Part shown: piece after piece, positions 52,582-64,000 of the stretch
Layout: each line of letters begins with the position of its first letter
Position numbering within the stretch: the first letter of the stretch is position 1
From: Octopus bimaculoides
Taxonomy: Eukaryota
Assembly: GCF_001194135.2 (NCBI RefSeq)
Contig: NC_068988.1
Span: 80,642,970-80,706,969 of the forward strand
Length of the DNA stretch: 64,000 bases
Reading direction: 5' to 3'
Program-made: the position numbers and the translations under genes
Notes under the pieces: model-generated
Databases searched by the model: none
What the model was told of the DNA's origin: nothing
The model's input: only the letters and a program-made list of their open reading frames with translations

Positions 52582-55569
52582 ATGGCTGCACTACGTATTG
52601 GCTCTTTGAATGTGCGTGGCTTGGGATCGAAGAGGAAGCAGACCTGTTTCCTCGACGACCTCAGGACACACAGAATAGATGTGATGGTTGCTACAGAAAC
52701 CAAGTTGGACAAGCTACAGGCTTTCTCACCTCTCCTGAACAGCTATGAGAAAATCATGTCTCCTAGCCGAACCAGAGGGGGAGGAGGGGTCATATTTCTG
52801 ATCCAGAAAATCTTGGCTCTACAGATTCGTACAATCTTTGTGGACCCAGAAGGCGAGTCAGTCGTTCTGGCTCTAACTTTCAGAGGTAGGGCCTTCAGGT
52901 TGGTTGGCATTTACGTGCCTAATGCAACAGGCAAACAGAATGAGTTCTACCAACATCTGGAGAATTTCCTAGTGACATCGAAGACTTTATCTGTGTAAGG
53001 TGACTTTAATGCTATTCTTGATGCACGCATGGATAGCGTTGGCTCAAACAATAGGAAATGTGACTCACACCCCGTTGATCTGCTGAAGTGATTTAGGCTG
53101 GCAGATCAATTCAGACTTGATAATCTGAATGTGCCAATGTGGACGTGGACAAATCATGATGGATCAATCAGGTCTTATATACATAGGATCTTAGTTAATG
53201 CTGAAGATAAGTCTAGTGTTAGTTGTCCACAGTTTACCTATGTACCCTACACAGATCACAAATTAGTGATGTGTAGGGTGCATATAGACAAGGATCTGGC
53301 TACTGGAAGTTGAACAAGTCCCTATTGGATTGTGAAGCTTACCCTTGCCAGATTAAAGTGTTAGTTATGAGAACACTAACTGGCTCGCTCGGATGAAACC
53401 CATCATGGCGTGGATGCTACGATTAGGTCTGTGGTTAATGAACAAGGACAGAAGATCGAAGGACAGGAAGAGATGAGCAAGGCCTTTCATGAGCATTTTG
53501 CTGCGTTGTTCGGGAGGGGTGGGACGTTGGACCATGGAGATACCATATGAGATTTCCTGGCCGGTGGCCCACATCTTTTGGTGTGTGACAATGAGCACTG
53601 TGAAGGGCCGATCACAGCCAAGAAGGTTATAGAGGTGCTTTCCAAGTGCCCCGGGGACAAGTTGCTGGGATTGGATGGTCTACCTTACGAATTTTATAAG
53701 TGTATGCCAGACTTGTTCGGAAACATGCTGGCCAGTGTTTATGTAAATTGACAGCTCCACCCATTTCACTCCCAAATCTGTGAACCAAGGAGTTGTGACA
53801 CGCATCAGGAAAGACCTGAGCAAGAGGGATAACGTAAGTAATTTTAGGCCCATAACTCTGCTAAACACAAAGTTAAAGATTTTGGCCAAGGTATTAGCCA
53901 AGAGAATGAGAATTGTTGAAGGTGACCTGGTGGGAGAAGCGCAGACATGTGCCATCCCAGGAAGGACAATATTCGACAACCTTCATCTCATACGCTACAC
54001 CATAGAGTGGGTGGGTAAAGTTCCTGACAAAGGTGGGGCACTGGTGAATTTAGACCAATCTAAGGCATCAGTATCTGGAGGCAGTCCTCGAGGCGGTCGG
54101 ATTGGGCCCGACTTTCCAAGGCTGGATCAAAGCTTTGTATTGTAACATCAAATCTGTTGTCCGGGTGAATGGGTTCTTCTTGAACGCTCGGTTTGCCAGG
54201 ACTGCCCCTTGTCCCTGCACCTGCATATGCTGGCTCTCGAGCCACTACTGCGGAGACTGGGGACGTTGGGGGGGTAGAACCGTGTGATCTATCTTATGGT
54301 AGAAGTGTAACGGCATATACGGATGATGTTACCATCATTGTGTCTGATGAAGGACAGCTAACTCTTGTAGAAGACGCCATCAAAGGATATGAAGCGGTGG
54401 CAGGGGCAGAAATTAACCAGGAAAAATCAGTCGGCTTGCAACTCAGCACCTGGCATGACATGTCGATGCCTCTTGATAGCATCATCAGATGTTGGATGGA
54501 GGGCCTGGTTAAGCTGCTCAGGGTCTGGTTTGCATCAGATTACACAGGTGTTTATTGCATCTGTGATAACCTACCACCTAACCATCGTGCCTTGCCCCAG
54601 TTTATGACTGAACAAGCTGGAAAGGATCCTTTTCCGCTTTTTGTGGAAGGGGGAACCACCATTTGTGAGGTGCTCCATTTGTTGTCAGAAACCATTAAAG
54701 GGTGGACTAGGGATGCCTTGGCTGATGATGCGCAAATGTGTGTTGAGGCTGAGACATCTCCAGTGCTACCTGAATGGTGAGCAGGTGTGGTCACCGCATG
54801 CCAAGCAACTTTTTCCACATGGACCAGGCAGACTTAGGCACAAGGATCAGGCAGAAGCCTAAGATGGGGGAATAGCAGAGGGAGTGCAGACAAGCACTCA
54901 ATCTGTTCTCCCGAGTGAGTAGTGCCGGCAGTGAGGTTACCACTGTGGACTTTTATAGAGGGTTGGTAGAGTGTAAGTTTGACAACGTCCTGGAGAAAAC
55001 TCTGGGCTTTGACAACAAACAACTAACCAGCCTGTTTGCAAGGACATTCAGGTAGAGGTACCTGGATAATTAACAGAAATCCTTGGCTTGGTTGTGCTAT
55101 CGTTTGGCTTTACCAGTTCGGGAGAGGTTGTCCAGACACAGTTATAACGCCTCCCCCCACATGTCCGAGGTGCAGGCACATCAGTGAAACTGTTGCGCAC
55201 ACCTTTGTACATTGCGGAGAGTTGAGGGGGTTGGTGACCTATGTCGAACAACTGATGTTGGATGGGGAAAGAGTACAGCTTTCAACTGAATTCATAGTTA
55301 AGATCGCACCACCTCCCTCCTTTAACAAGGAAAGGAAGGCATCCTTTTTCTGCGTAGTAGCCATACTGAAAGAGACAGTGTGGTGAATAAGAGCAAACGG
55401 GATTGAGACAGGTCACTTCATCTCCGGACAGGGGTTGGAAAGTTGGTTCAACTTCCACCTCATGAGGAAGATCTGTCTGGAGAGAAAGTACCTGCCTCAT
55501 AGTGTGTATGAGAAAAGATGGAAAAATGTAGTAAGACAGTTGCATATGCATGGGGCCATGCTTGTGTAG
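52582..55569 (+). pseudogene. LINE ORF2 (disrupted): APE endonuclease, reverse transcriptase, C-terminal Cys/His finger
   Basis: EN: GSLNVRGL, ETK, GDFN, TDHKLV. RT: NFRPITLLN, GRTIFDN, LDQSKA, YTDDV (54316-54330). C-terminal CPRC...ETVAHTFVHC. Many stops and frameshifts. Confidence 0.92.
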
Positions 55570-56211
55570 CCGGTCAATGAAGAAAAAGGAGGAAAACAAT
55601 CTCTCTCGACCAAATATTAAAGAAAAGAATGAAGTTTCGAAACTGGCAGGTTGGAATAGAGCCTGGAGGGAAAGTTATATAAAATTCAATAGTTTTAATT
55701 ATACATTAATTAAAATTTTTAAACCATAACGTTTTTATCATCCTGATCCTCATATTGTAATCACAACAGTATGGTCCCCTCTCCCCTGTAAGACTGTCCA
55801 TTGTTTGTCCCTGACCCCTCGTTGTTATATCTATATATGCCATTATAGGTAAATAAAGAAATCATTCATTGCCTGTTGATTCTTCGACATGCATACGTTC
55901 ACCTCACTTACTTGGAGACGTAATTGCAAAAAAGAATATGTTCATGTAATGTTACAAGATTTCCTTCAATTAACTTTATATGTTAATGCATTACCTCCAA
56001 TAATAAATATGTTATGACTTATTACGAACATCTCGCGAATTCCTGTTTTCTTATTACGTACAAGATGGTGACCCCCTCTTTCTTTCATGCTTATTATATT
56101 ATAGGATGTCATTTAATCGACCCATTTTCACTATATACTCATTTACAACTTTCACATTGTCAAGACATGGGGACACAAACATGCACATATTTACACACAC
56201 ATACTCACATG

Positions 56212-56243
<32 letters not shown>

Positions 56244-58653
56244 TGCATGTATGTGATGGGCTTCTATCAGTTTTCTTCCACTAAACCCACTCACAAGGCT
56301 TTGGTTAATCCACATCTAGAGTAGATGACACTTGCCTTGCAAAGGTTACAGGTGCTGTCCTTCTCCAATTGAATAATTACAAAAGGGATAATAGCATAGG
56401 AAAAATATGTAATAAAGCATAATTTATTTGGGAACATTGTGTTTCATTGAATAATATTACATTCTATTGTTTCTAACTAAATACTATTAACACTGAGACT
56501 GCTAATTAATGGCCAAAATATTAAAGTATCTCAAACGCAAAATTTAGCCGATAAATAAATAGATTTCAACTTAGATCGCCCACTCTGTTTTCTGGAGGGC
56601 GGCCGAATGTGTCATTATTGAAGCTAAACAAGATAACGTATCTGATTTGAAAAGAGTCTACTAATGTATTTAGGTACTCACTCCACCTGTTAGAAATGAC
56701 AACCAATCATACATTATCCTTCTAACTAATGAAAGGTCACACCAGACGTAGTCCTACATACGCCTGAAAAGACACTTGCGCTGATAAGAGACGCTTCATG
56801 ATTGTTTTAGCGAATTTCAATTGCAATTGTTCCACAGAAATGACGTCAGCATTATGGCTTACTTCAAGAATTAAAACAAAGAAAGAAAAAAAAATATTAG
56901 GTTAATTTGTTCGGACGAAAAGAAAATCTCACAGAACAAAGGTCTTTATTTTATGGCGTGAACCCATTTTTGGAAATGAATCGCAATGGCTTAGATAAAT
57001 ATTTCCAATTGTAACTGTTTTGTCAACATTTTGCCCAAGAACATCGGACATGGAAATATGAAATTCACAACCTATTGAGATCGAGTCATAAAGGAAATCT
57101 GAAGTACTCTATATTAAAATAAGTATTTTAAACCAATGAAAACGGGTGTTTAGTTGGCTATTTCGTTGGTCAGAGACATTCCAGGATTCACGATCAAGTA
57201 AAATTATAACCTATAAAGTATTCTGTAGTTCAGAATAGTTAATCATTTTCTACTTCCGGTTTTCTATTTTATGTCCTCGAACTTTGATAGATAACCATTG
57301 GAGGTCATTTTAGATAGATGTAAACAATATATAACTACCTGATATAGACAGTAAGTACTTATGTATTTTTCTGGAATTTATGAAATATCTGATACTTTAA
57401 CAACAGCGTAATTTTCCTCTGAGAGGTTTCCATCTTTTTTGGCAGTTTACCGTCCTTGACATGGTTACCTTGACAACGAGTAATGTTCGAAACGATACAC
57501 CTCTCCATCACTTCAACTCTCATGTGCTTCTTTCAGTGGATTCTATTTTATATAATTATCTTTTTGTTATTGTATTTATTTCTATATAGGTAACTTTGTT
57601 TTGTTTAATTCTATTAACATATACAAATAGTAGGTTTATGTTAGTGGAAAATAAAATCAAAAGCGTGAAGGAAACGATAATGTATGAAGAAATCGCTATA
57701 ATTCACGTTATACACATATGTATGTTTTATAACGTCTAATGTACATATACACACACACATGTATACATATGTGTGCGTGTTTGAATGTGGGAACATGGTG
57801 AGAATAAAGTTGATACTCCTACATGACTTCGGAATGTTGTCTCTGATACATTTAATTATTTTATATTCTGCTCTATTTCTTACTGCGTGTTTGTTCTCTC
57901 CACAGGAATCTGTCCTGCTCTTTCTTTCTTCCTTCATTTCTTTTTTCCTTTTTGTCTTCGATAGGTGACACTTGTTGATGTCTTGTAAAATTTGATTTTA
58001 AACAAATCTTAACATTACGTGACATATATATACACACACACACATTACGTGATATATATATGTGTGTGTGTGTGTGCGTGTATACACACACACACATAAA
58101 AGGTACAAAACAGAATATAGTGTTAGATTACTTATTTCATATGTATTCTTTTGTCAGAATATATCATGTAGTTATACATTAGCGTATAGCCTCATTTTTA
58201 GTGTGGTGAAATTTGGACTGTTTCATACATCTCCGCATCTTTTTGTAAGTGGGGGACGAAACGATAGAGTGCACTTTCTCTCAAATGTTACCCTCACATT
58301 CCGGCGCTCATCACCAAAATAAAATCATTTATGTGTGTTACAATTTACACATGATATAGATCCAAAAGGCTCATTTAACTTGAAACACTAACATTCGGTA
58401 GAGATAAAAGGAAAAGTCGACCGCATTGAAACGTGATTGAATTTAAAACTCTTGGGATATAGATTTAAATACTACCAGACTTTGATCGGCTTTCTGTTTC
58501 AGATTTTAAAATATATTAATAACAAATGTATTTTTGGTAATTCTCTAAATGATTTCAGTGACGGCTCTGAAATATCACAAGAAAATATCACAAGAAAACT
58601 TCAATAAATAACTTCTTGCTTCATTGTTGTATTTTGAATATAACAGGGTTTTA

Positions 58654-58850
58654 GGGCGGCGAACTGGCAGAATCGTCAGCCTTTACGTTCTGAGTTCAAA
58701 TTCCACCGAAGTCGACTTTGCTTTCATCCTTCCAGGGTCGATTAAATAAGTACCAGTTACGCATTGGGGTCGATGTAATCGACTTAATCCCATTGTCTGT
58801 CCTTATTTGCCCCCTCTATGTTTAGCCCTTTCTGGGCAATGAAGAAATAA
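58654..58850 (+). mobile_element. tRNA-derived SINE with Meta-like central domain, head partly deleted
   Basis: ggcggcgaactggcagaatcg...gttcaaattccaccgaagtcgactttgctttcatccttccagggtcgattaaataagtaccagtt. Copies at 61813-62018 (-), 17290-17420 (-), 37510-37656 (-) and 40395-40570 (-). Confidence 0.75.
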
Positions 58851-61800
58851 ATATAACAGGATTTTTATTTCTCTACTGTGCTCGAGTTTCATGTATTATC
58901 ATTTAACGAATGATTTAAAATATTTATTTACTTTTTAACTATATGCAGGCGTGGTTAAGAATCTGGCTTTCCAGCCATATAGTCTTGGGGTCAGTCTCAC
59001 TGCGTGACACCTTGGAGAGGTGCAACCAAAGCCTTGTATGTGGATATATCTATGTGTGCGTGTCTTTGGCTTTTGTTTGCCCTCCACTACCGCGTGAAAC
59101 CAATGCTGGTTTGTTTACATCCCCGTAACTTAGCCGTTCAGCAGGACAGACTTACAAAATACGTATTGGGATCGATTTTCTCTATTATACCCCTCAAGGT
59201 GGAGTCCCCTCATGACTGCAGTCCAATGACTAAAATAAGTAAATGGTAAAAGATATTGTTTGTAGTAATTTAAATGAAATGCTACTTTTTTTCCCAAACC
59301 ATCTGTGACTTTCATTTTCCATGAATTTTGTTTTCGTTTGCCGACTAAAAGGACAATTAAGAGTCATAATTATTCAAGAACACCTGCCTCGTTAATCTCA
59401 TCCATCTCAGAAGTTACTTCAGAGATCATAAGTAGAGCACCTCTTCCTCCAGACCGACTTTAGATTGCTCTTGTGGTAGCATACCATACATCTCAGTTTG
59501 AAGACAGTGTCCTGTCTAGTTGGCAAATTTGTTTTGTTTATTGAAATGTCTCAGGCTTAAATTATAAGAAGGAAAAAGTAAAAATGTTAAAATAAACAAG
59601 GAGAGTCCTAACTCCTGTTATGCACAACTGAAATACAAAGTAACAAACTTATTCATTTCTTAGTTTAGTCTAAATCCAACACTATGTTTTTACCAGAGGC
59701 CCAGTGTGTGTGTGATTTAGTTATGTTGTAATAGCACTCACAAATCACAAATTAATAGGTATTGTAGTTAAAAGACATTTGACTTATTTCTAGATTCCAG
59801 GATTAAAAATGACTTATCTCTTTGATTATATATGGTTTTCCTACCTATGCTTGCCCTGTTTGTTTGAAGTTTAAAATCTTATTGGAGAAAAAAAGATACA
59901 GATAGCACATAAAGAAAATTAGATAATAATTTTTCATTCAAGCACCTATACCTATGGTATCAGTTTGAGCCAAAGAAATTATGGTACACCTATCTTATTA
60001 TATGTTACATTACATGGTTACTATACTTAGTTAACTCTAAAGCCATCTACATTCATGTCCAGAAAATATGCCATATGGACAATGATAAAGCATGAAGACC
60101 TGTTGAGGCAAGTGAAATCAAAATCAAAATCGCTGACGTGGCCAATGACAGTACTGCCTGGTTGACACTCATGCCAGTGGAACATTAAAAGCACCATCCG
60201 AGCGTGATCGTTGCCAGGGCCGCTGATTGGCTCCTGTGCAGTGGCATGTAAAAAGCACCATTCAAGTGTGATCGTTGCCAATGTCGCCTTACTGGTACAT
60301 GTGCCTGTGGCACGTGAAAAACAACATTTGCCAGTGCTGCCGGACTGGCTCCCATGCAGGTAGCACATAAAAAACATATTTTGAGTGTGGTCATTGCCAG
60401 AATCACCTGATTGGCCCTCATGCTGGTGGCATGTAAAAGCACTAACTACACTCTCGGAGTGGTTGGCGTTACGAAGGGTATCCAACTGTAGAAACATTGC
60501 GAGATCAGATTGGAGCCTGGTGCAGCCTTCTGGCTCACCAGTCCTCAGTCAAACCGTCCAACCCATGCCAGCATGGAAAGCAGACATTAAACGATGATGA
60601 TGATGTAAAAAAAAAAAAGTGATAAAAGGTTTTGTAAAAGTGTTGAATAGGCAAGTCTTTATTCAACATCAAACATTAAAAAAACTTGTTGAGATCATTT
60701 AAAATGAAATTTCTTACCATAAATTTTCCTGCAACATAAATGTTTACAGCAAAATTTCCTATAACCATTTACATTGTTTAATGATAGGCATAGTAGACTA
60801 GATTCCCATTAGAATCCAGCTTTATGAAAGCCATATTGGTGTTCATCAATAAGAGATAGAGAGAGAGAGAGAGAGAAAAATTTGGTGTTGGAGAGTGTCA
60901 TTAGTTGCTGTTTTCATTCCCTTTCAGATTCTGGAAACTAATTCATAGGATGATGGTTAGCAGAGCCAGATCAGGGTATAATCCTGTAGTGAGAGAGAGT
61001 GTGGGGAGGGATTAAAGAGTTTGGTGAGCATAGGGGTTAGTCATGAGAATATTCTTTGATGGTAATAGAAGAATCATTGTAGGGGCCAGTTGACTTTGAT
61101 GGTTTGAGAAAACCAGAGGTACTTTTGTACTTGGCATGTATGGATGATGGTGAGTCAGATGAGTAGAATATGATAGATTTGGTAGAGGTTTACTTAGTTT
61201 TGCAGTATGGAGTTGGATAGTAAGTGGGTGGTAAAGGTGGGGTTTGTCTCTGTGGAAGTACTACAATCAGAACCATCATGGTTTAAGAAATTGAGGAGAG
61301 GAAGATTCCTCAAAGCTGGTAGGGAACCTTTTGGCAAAGAACCAAACTGATCAGTTGCAGTTTAGTTGGCAGAGGTACTTGAGAGCTGTTTAATGTACAG
61401 AAGTGTCCATTATAGTTCAGCTATTGGTCTTACAAGAGTTGTGGTGATGGGTAGATGCTGTCCATTTCATGAAGGAAGACAAGATACTTGCTTAAGGTTC
61501 CATGCAGTGAGACTGAACCCAGAATGATGTGGTTGGAAAGCAAACTTCTTACCATACAACCATGCCTAATTTGCATTTTTTATGTTCACTACATTAGATG
61601 TAAACCCTAACTTGACTATTATTTTCCATTTCTTCAGTGATTCATTCTTCTTAGATATGCTAATTTTCACACTTACTGTACATTGATTGATAATTCACTT
61701 ATAATTCATACCGTTTTGAGGAGATCTAATATGTTCTAATCCTGTTCTGAGAAGATCTAATATGACCAAAGCATGTCTGCTATTGTTTTTCTGAAATAAT

Positions 61801-62865
61801 TGAAACAATATGGGTTTCATATTTTGGCACAAGGCCAGCAAGCTCAGAGGAGGGAGCAAGTCAATTATATCAACCCAGTACTCAACTGGTACTTATTTTA
61901 TCGACCTGAAAGGATGAAAGGCAAAGTCGACCTCAGCAGAATTTGAACTCAGAACATAGCGGCAGACGAAATACCGCTAAGCATTTCGCCCGGCGTGCTA
62001 ACGATTCTGCCAGCTCGCATAGCACCTTAGTTAAGTGACTTCTACTATAGCCTCAAGTCTATTAATGTCTGGAATGAACTTTGGTAGAAAGAAACACTAT
62101 AGAAGAAGTCCATCGCATGTGTGTGTGTTATGCATGCATGTGTGTGTGTGTATCTGAGAGAGAGAGACAGACAGACAGACAGAAAGAGTTTAGATTTACA
62201 TTTATGCTGCTTAAAACTATGACAACCCCTCTGCTCACCTACTGAAACAAGTGGATTGAGTACATTGAGTACATAATTGAGTACATTGAGTACATAATTA
62301 GTGCTGTTATTTAGCCACAGGTCAGTTTTAACGCATTTCCAGTTTCCATTGTTGAAATTTCACTCCTAAGATTTTGGTCAGCTTGGAAGACAGCATCAAG
62401 CACTTATCTAAATGGTTGCAAAATGAACTTGTTAACCAAAGAACCATCCCTTCTACACTCATGTATACATTACATTAGTGTATATTAACAAACGCACAAG
62501 AAAACTTGTCTTAATAGTGATATTTGTTGACTCTAATATTCGGTGGTAAACAACATTTGCTTTAACAAACAATACAAATAACTGAATTTGAAGAATCACA
62601 AGACATGCTAGCATGGGAAAAATGGTAGATAGAATATGTATAAATGTAATAATCTACAATATATATATTTTTTTAATTATTTAATATTTCTTAATCATTT
62701 GTACATTTGAAGAAAACATATCAGTGCATCCATATATAAAAAGTTTTGCTGTTTTTTCACCTTTCTGTAAAACAACAGAGTTCCTGTGGATGTTATTTGG
62801 CTTGATAACTGCTTTAGGATTTCAGCTCTGATAACAAGAACAAATTCCTAGCACTATCTCAGGTT

Positions 62866-62962
62866 TCAGTAATATAATTCAGCTTCCTGTGATGAAGATA
62901 CTTCTAGGTTAGAAATAGTTTGATCTAATGGTGTACTAACTGGGGTGTGGCTGGGTTTGCTT
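62866..62962 (-). CDS. Candidate terminal coding exon of an unidentified neighbouring gene (SKPSHTPVSTPLDQTISNLEVSSSQEAELYY*)
   Basis: ttatttctccttgtttttaag| acceptor, 97 nt (phase 2) open to TGA, unique non-repeat sequence, AT-rich UTR-like DNA downstream. No homology recognised. Confidence 0.4.
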
Positions 62963-63965
62963 CTTAAAAACAAGGAGAAATAAGTTATACAATTAAACAA
63001 TACATGTAATTAAGAGCCAAATTGAAGAAGCCTCTTTGCCAGTGGTGCAAAAGCTTTATAGTTAGCATCAGTGGGGTGAATTACAGGTACTTAGGAACAT
63101 TTGGGGATCACATCAGTGGTATGTAGACAATAATAAATCTTAAATTTTACAGATTCATTAGTAATTAAAATTCAATTATTGTTTGCTTTAAACAGATTTT
63201 TCCGTATGGACTTTTCAAAGATCTTGTCAGTAGGCAATTTCAGATTTGAATCATCATCAGCATCAGCATCATCATTATCATCAATGTCATTGTTATAATG
63301 TCCACCTTTCCATGCTGGCATGAGTTGAATGGGATTTATTGAGACAGATTTCCTATGATTGAATGCCCCTTTATCGCAAACCCTCATCTGTTTCCAAAAA
63401 TATTCCCCATGACTGGACATGTTTCTGTAGAAGATTGCAAACAAAGGAAACCATCTATATGACAGTGACACTTGTTTACAACTCTCATGCATTTCAACAA
63501 CAGGAGACACCAACTCACACATAGACACATGAATGTATATATATATATTCATGGGTTTGTTTGTTTCTTTTTTATGAAATCCACTCACAAGGCTTTGGTC
63601 AAGCTAGGGATATAATAGAAAATACTTCCTTAAGGGGCTATACAATGAGGTTGAACCCAGAACCAACTGGTTGGAAAGCAAGATTTTTAACCACATAGCC
63701 ATGCCTGAATGCAAGTGAAATTTTGCCTGTGAGTAAAATGATTCCCCGTCTCCCTGTTAACAATGAGTTTATTACATACAGTACTCAGGTGCACTACATG
63801 GTCACTTGATCTGCTACAAATAACTTCCAAATCTTCTTCAAATCACCATCTTTTTTTAAAAAAAGAGGACATATTACGTAATGAAGTTTAAGATAAAACT
63901 GTGTCTGAAAAGATGTGGATGGCTATTGTTAGAATATCATTTATGTGTGTATGTATGTATATATG

Positions 63966-64000
<35 letters not shown>

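Larger units (their letters stand above)
50685..55865 (+). mobile_element. Near full-length decayed non-LTR retrotransposon, L1/Tx1 clade
   Basis: Two ORFs, AATAAA at 55852-55857, and TSD TCATTGCCTGTTG at 50672-50684 and 55866-55878 (18/20 if extended to 50691/55885). Confidence 0.93.
50501..56135 (+). mobile_element. Composite element: ~430-bp MITE-like shell (50501-50691 + 55886-56135) carrying a heat-shock promoter, with an L1/Tx1 LINE nested inside
   Basis: An older repeat breaks at ...gatagtgaTA (50500) and resumes at TActcatttacaact (56136); intact copies lie near 20080 and 63460. Imperfect TIRs TGTAGTGAACATTGG (50503-50517) / CCCATTTTCACTATA (56121-56135), 12/15. Confidence 0.65.

Noticed and set aside
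54316-54330. YTDD instead of YADD in the LINE RT
   Set aside because: Explained by a single GCG>ACG CpG-type decay in a dead copy. Not evidence of a novel RT.
62266-62300. Short tandem gagtacatt/gagtacataatt repeats, superficially CRISPR-like
   Set aside because: Eukaryotic slippage duplication with no unique spacers.

Overview
AT-rich, repeat-dense eukaryotic DNA with six N gaps. The SINE and RTE-LINE families look like those of Octopus, so species is inferred from repeats only. One complete gene is present: glycogenin on the minus strand, with 8 coding exons from ATG 37122 to TGA 6765. Exons 3-5 have the lengths I recall for human GYG1 (175/163/127 nt). The model includes a 69-nt Pro/Ser-rich exon 7 and gives a 350-aa product. 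Introns and intergenic DNA hold RTE fragments, SINEs, two decayed mariners and two long hairpins. A probable last exon of another minus-strand gene lies at 62866-62962. The most striking structure is a nested composite at 50501-56135. A ~430-bp element with a TA duplication and imperfect terminal inverted repeats interrupts an older repeat. It carries a complete heat-shock-type promoter: inverted CCAAT, 8 in-register nGAAn units, TATA and initiator. A near full-length but decayed L1/Tx1-clade LINE (~5.2 kb) sits in sense orientation exactly at that initiator, with a 13-20 bp target-site duplication. This suggests a mobile heat-shock promoter captured or targeted by a LINE.
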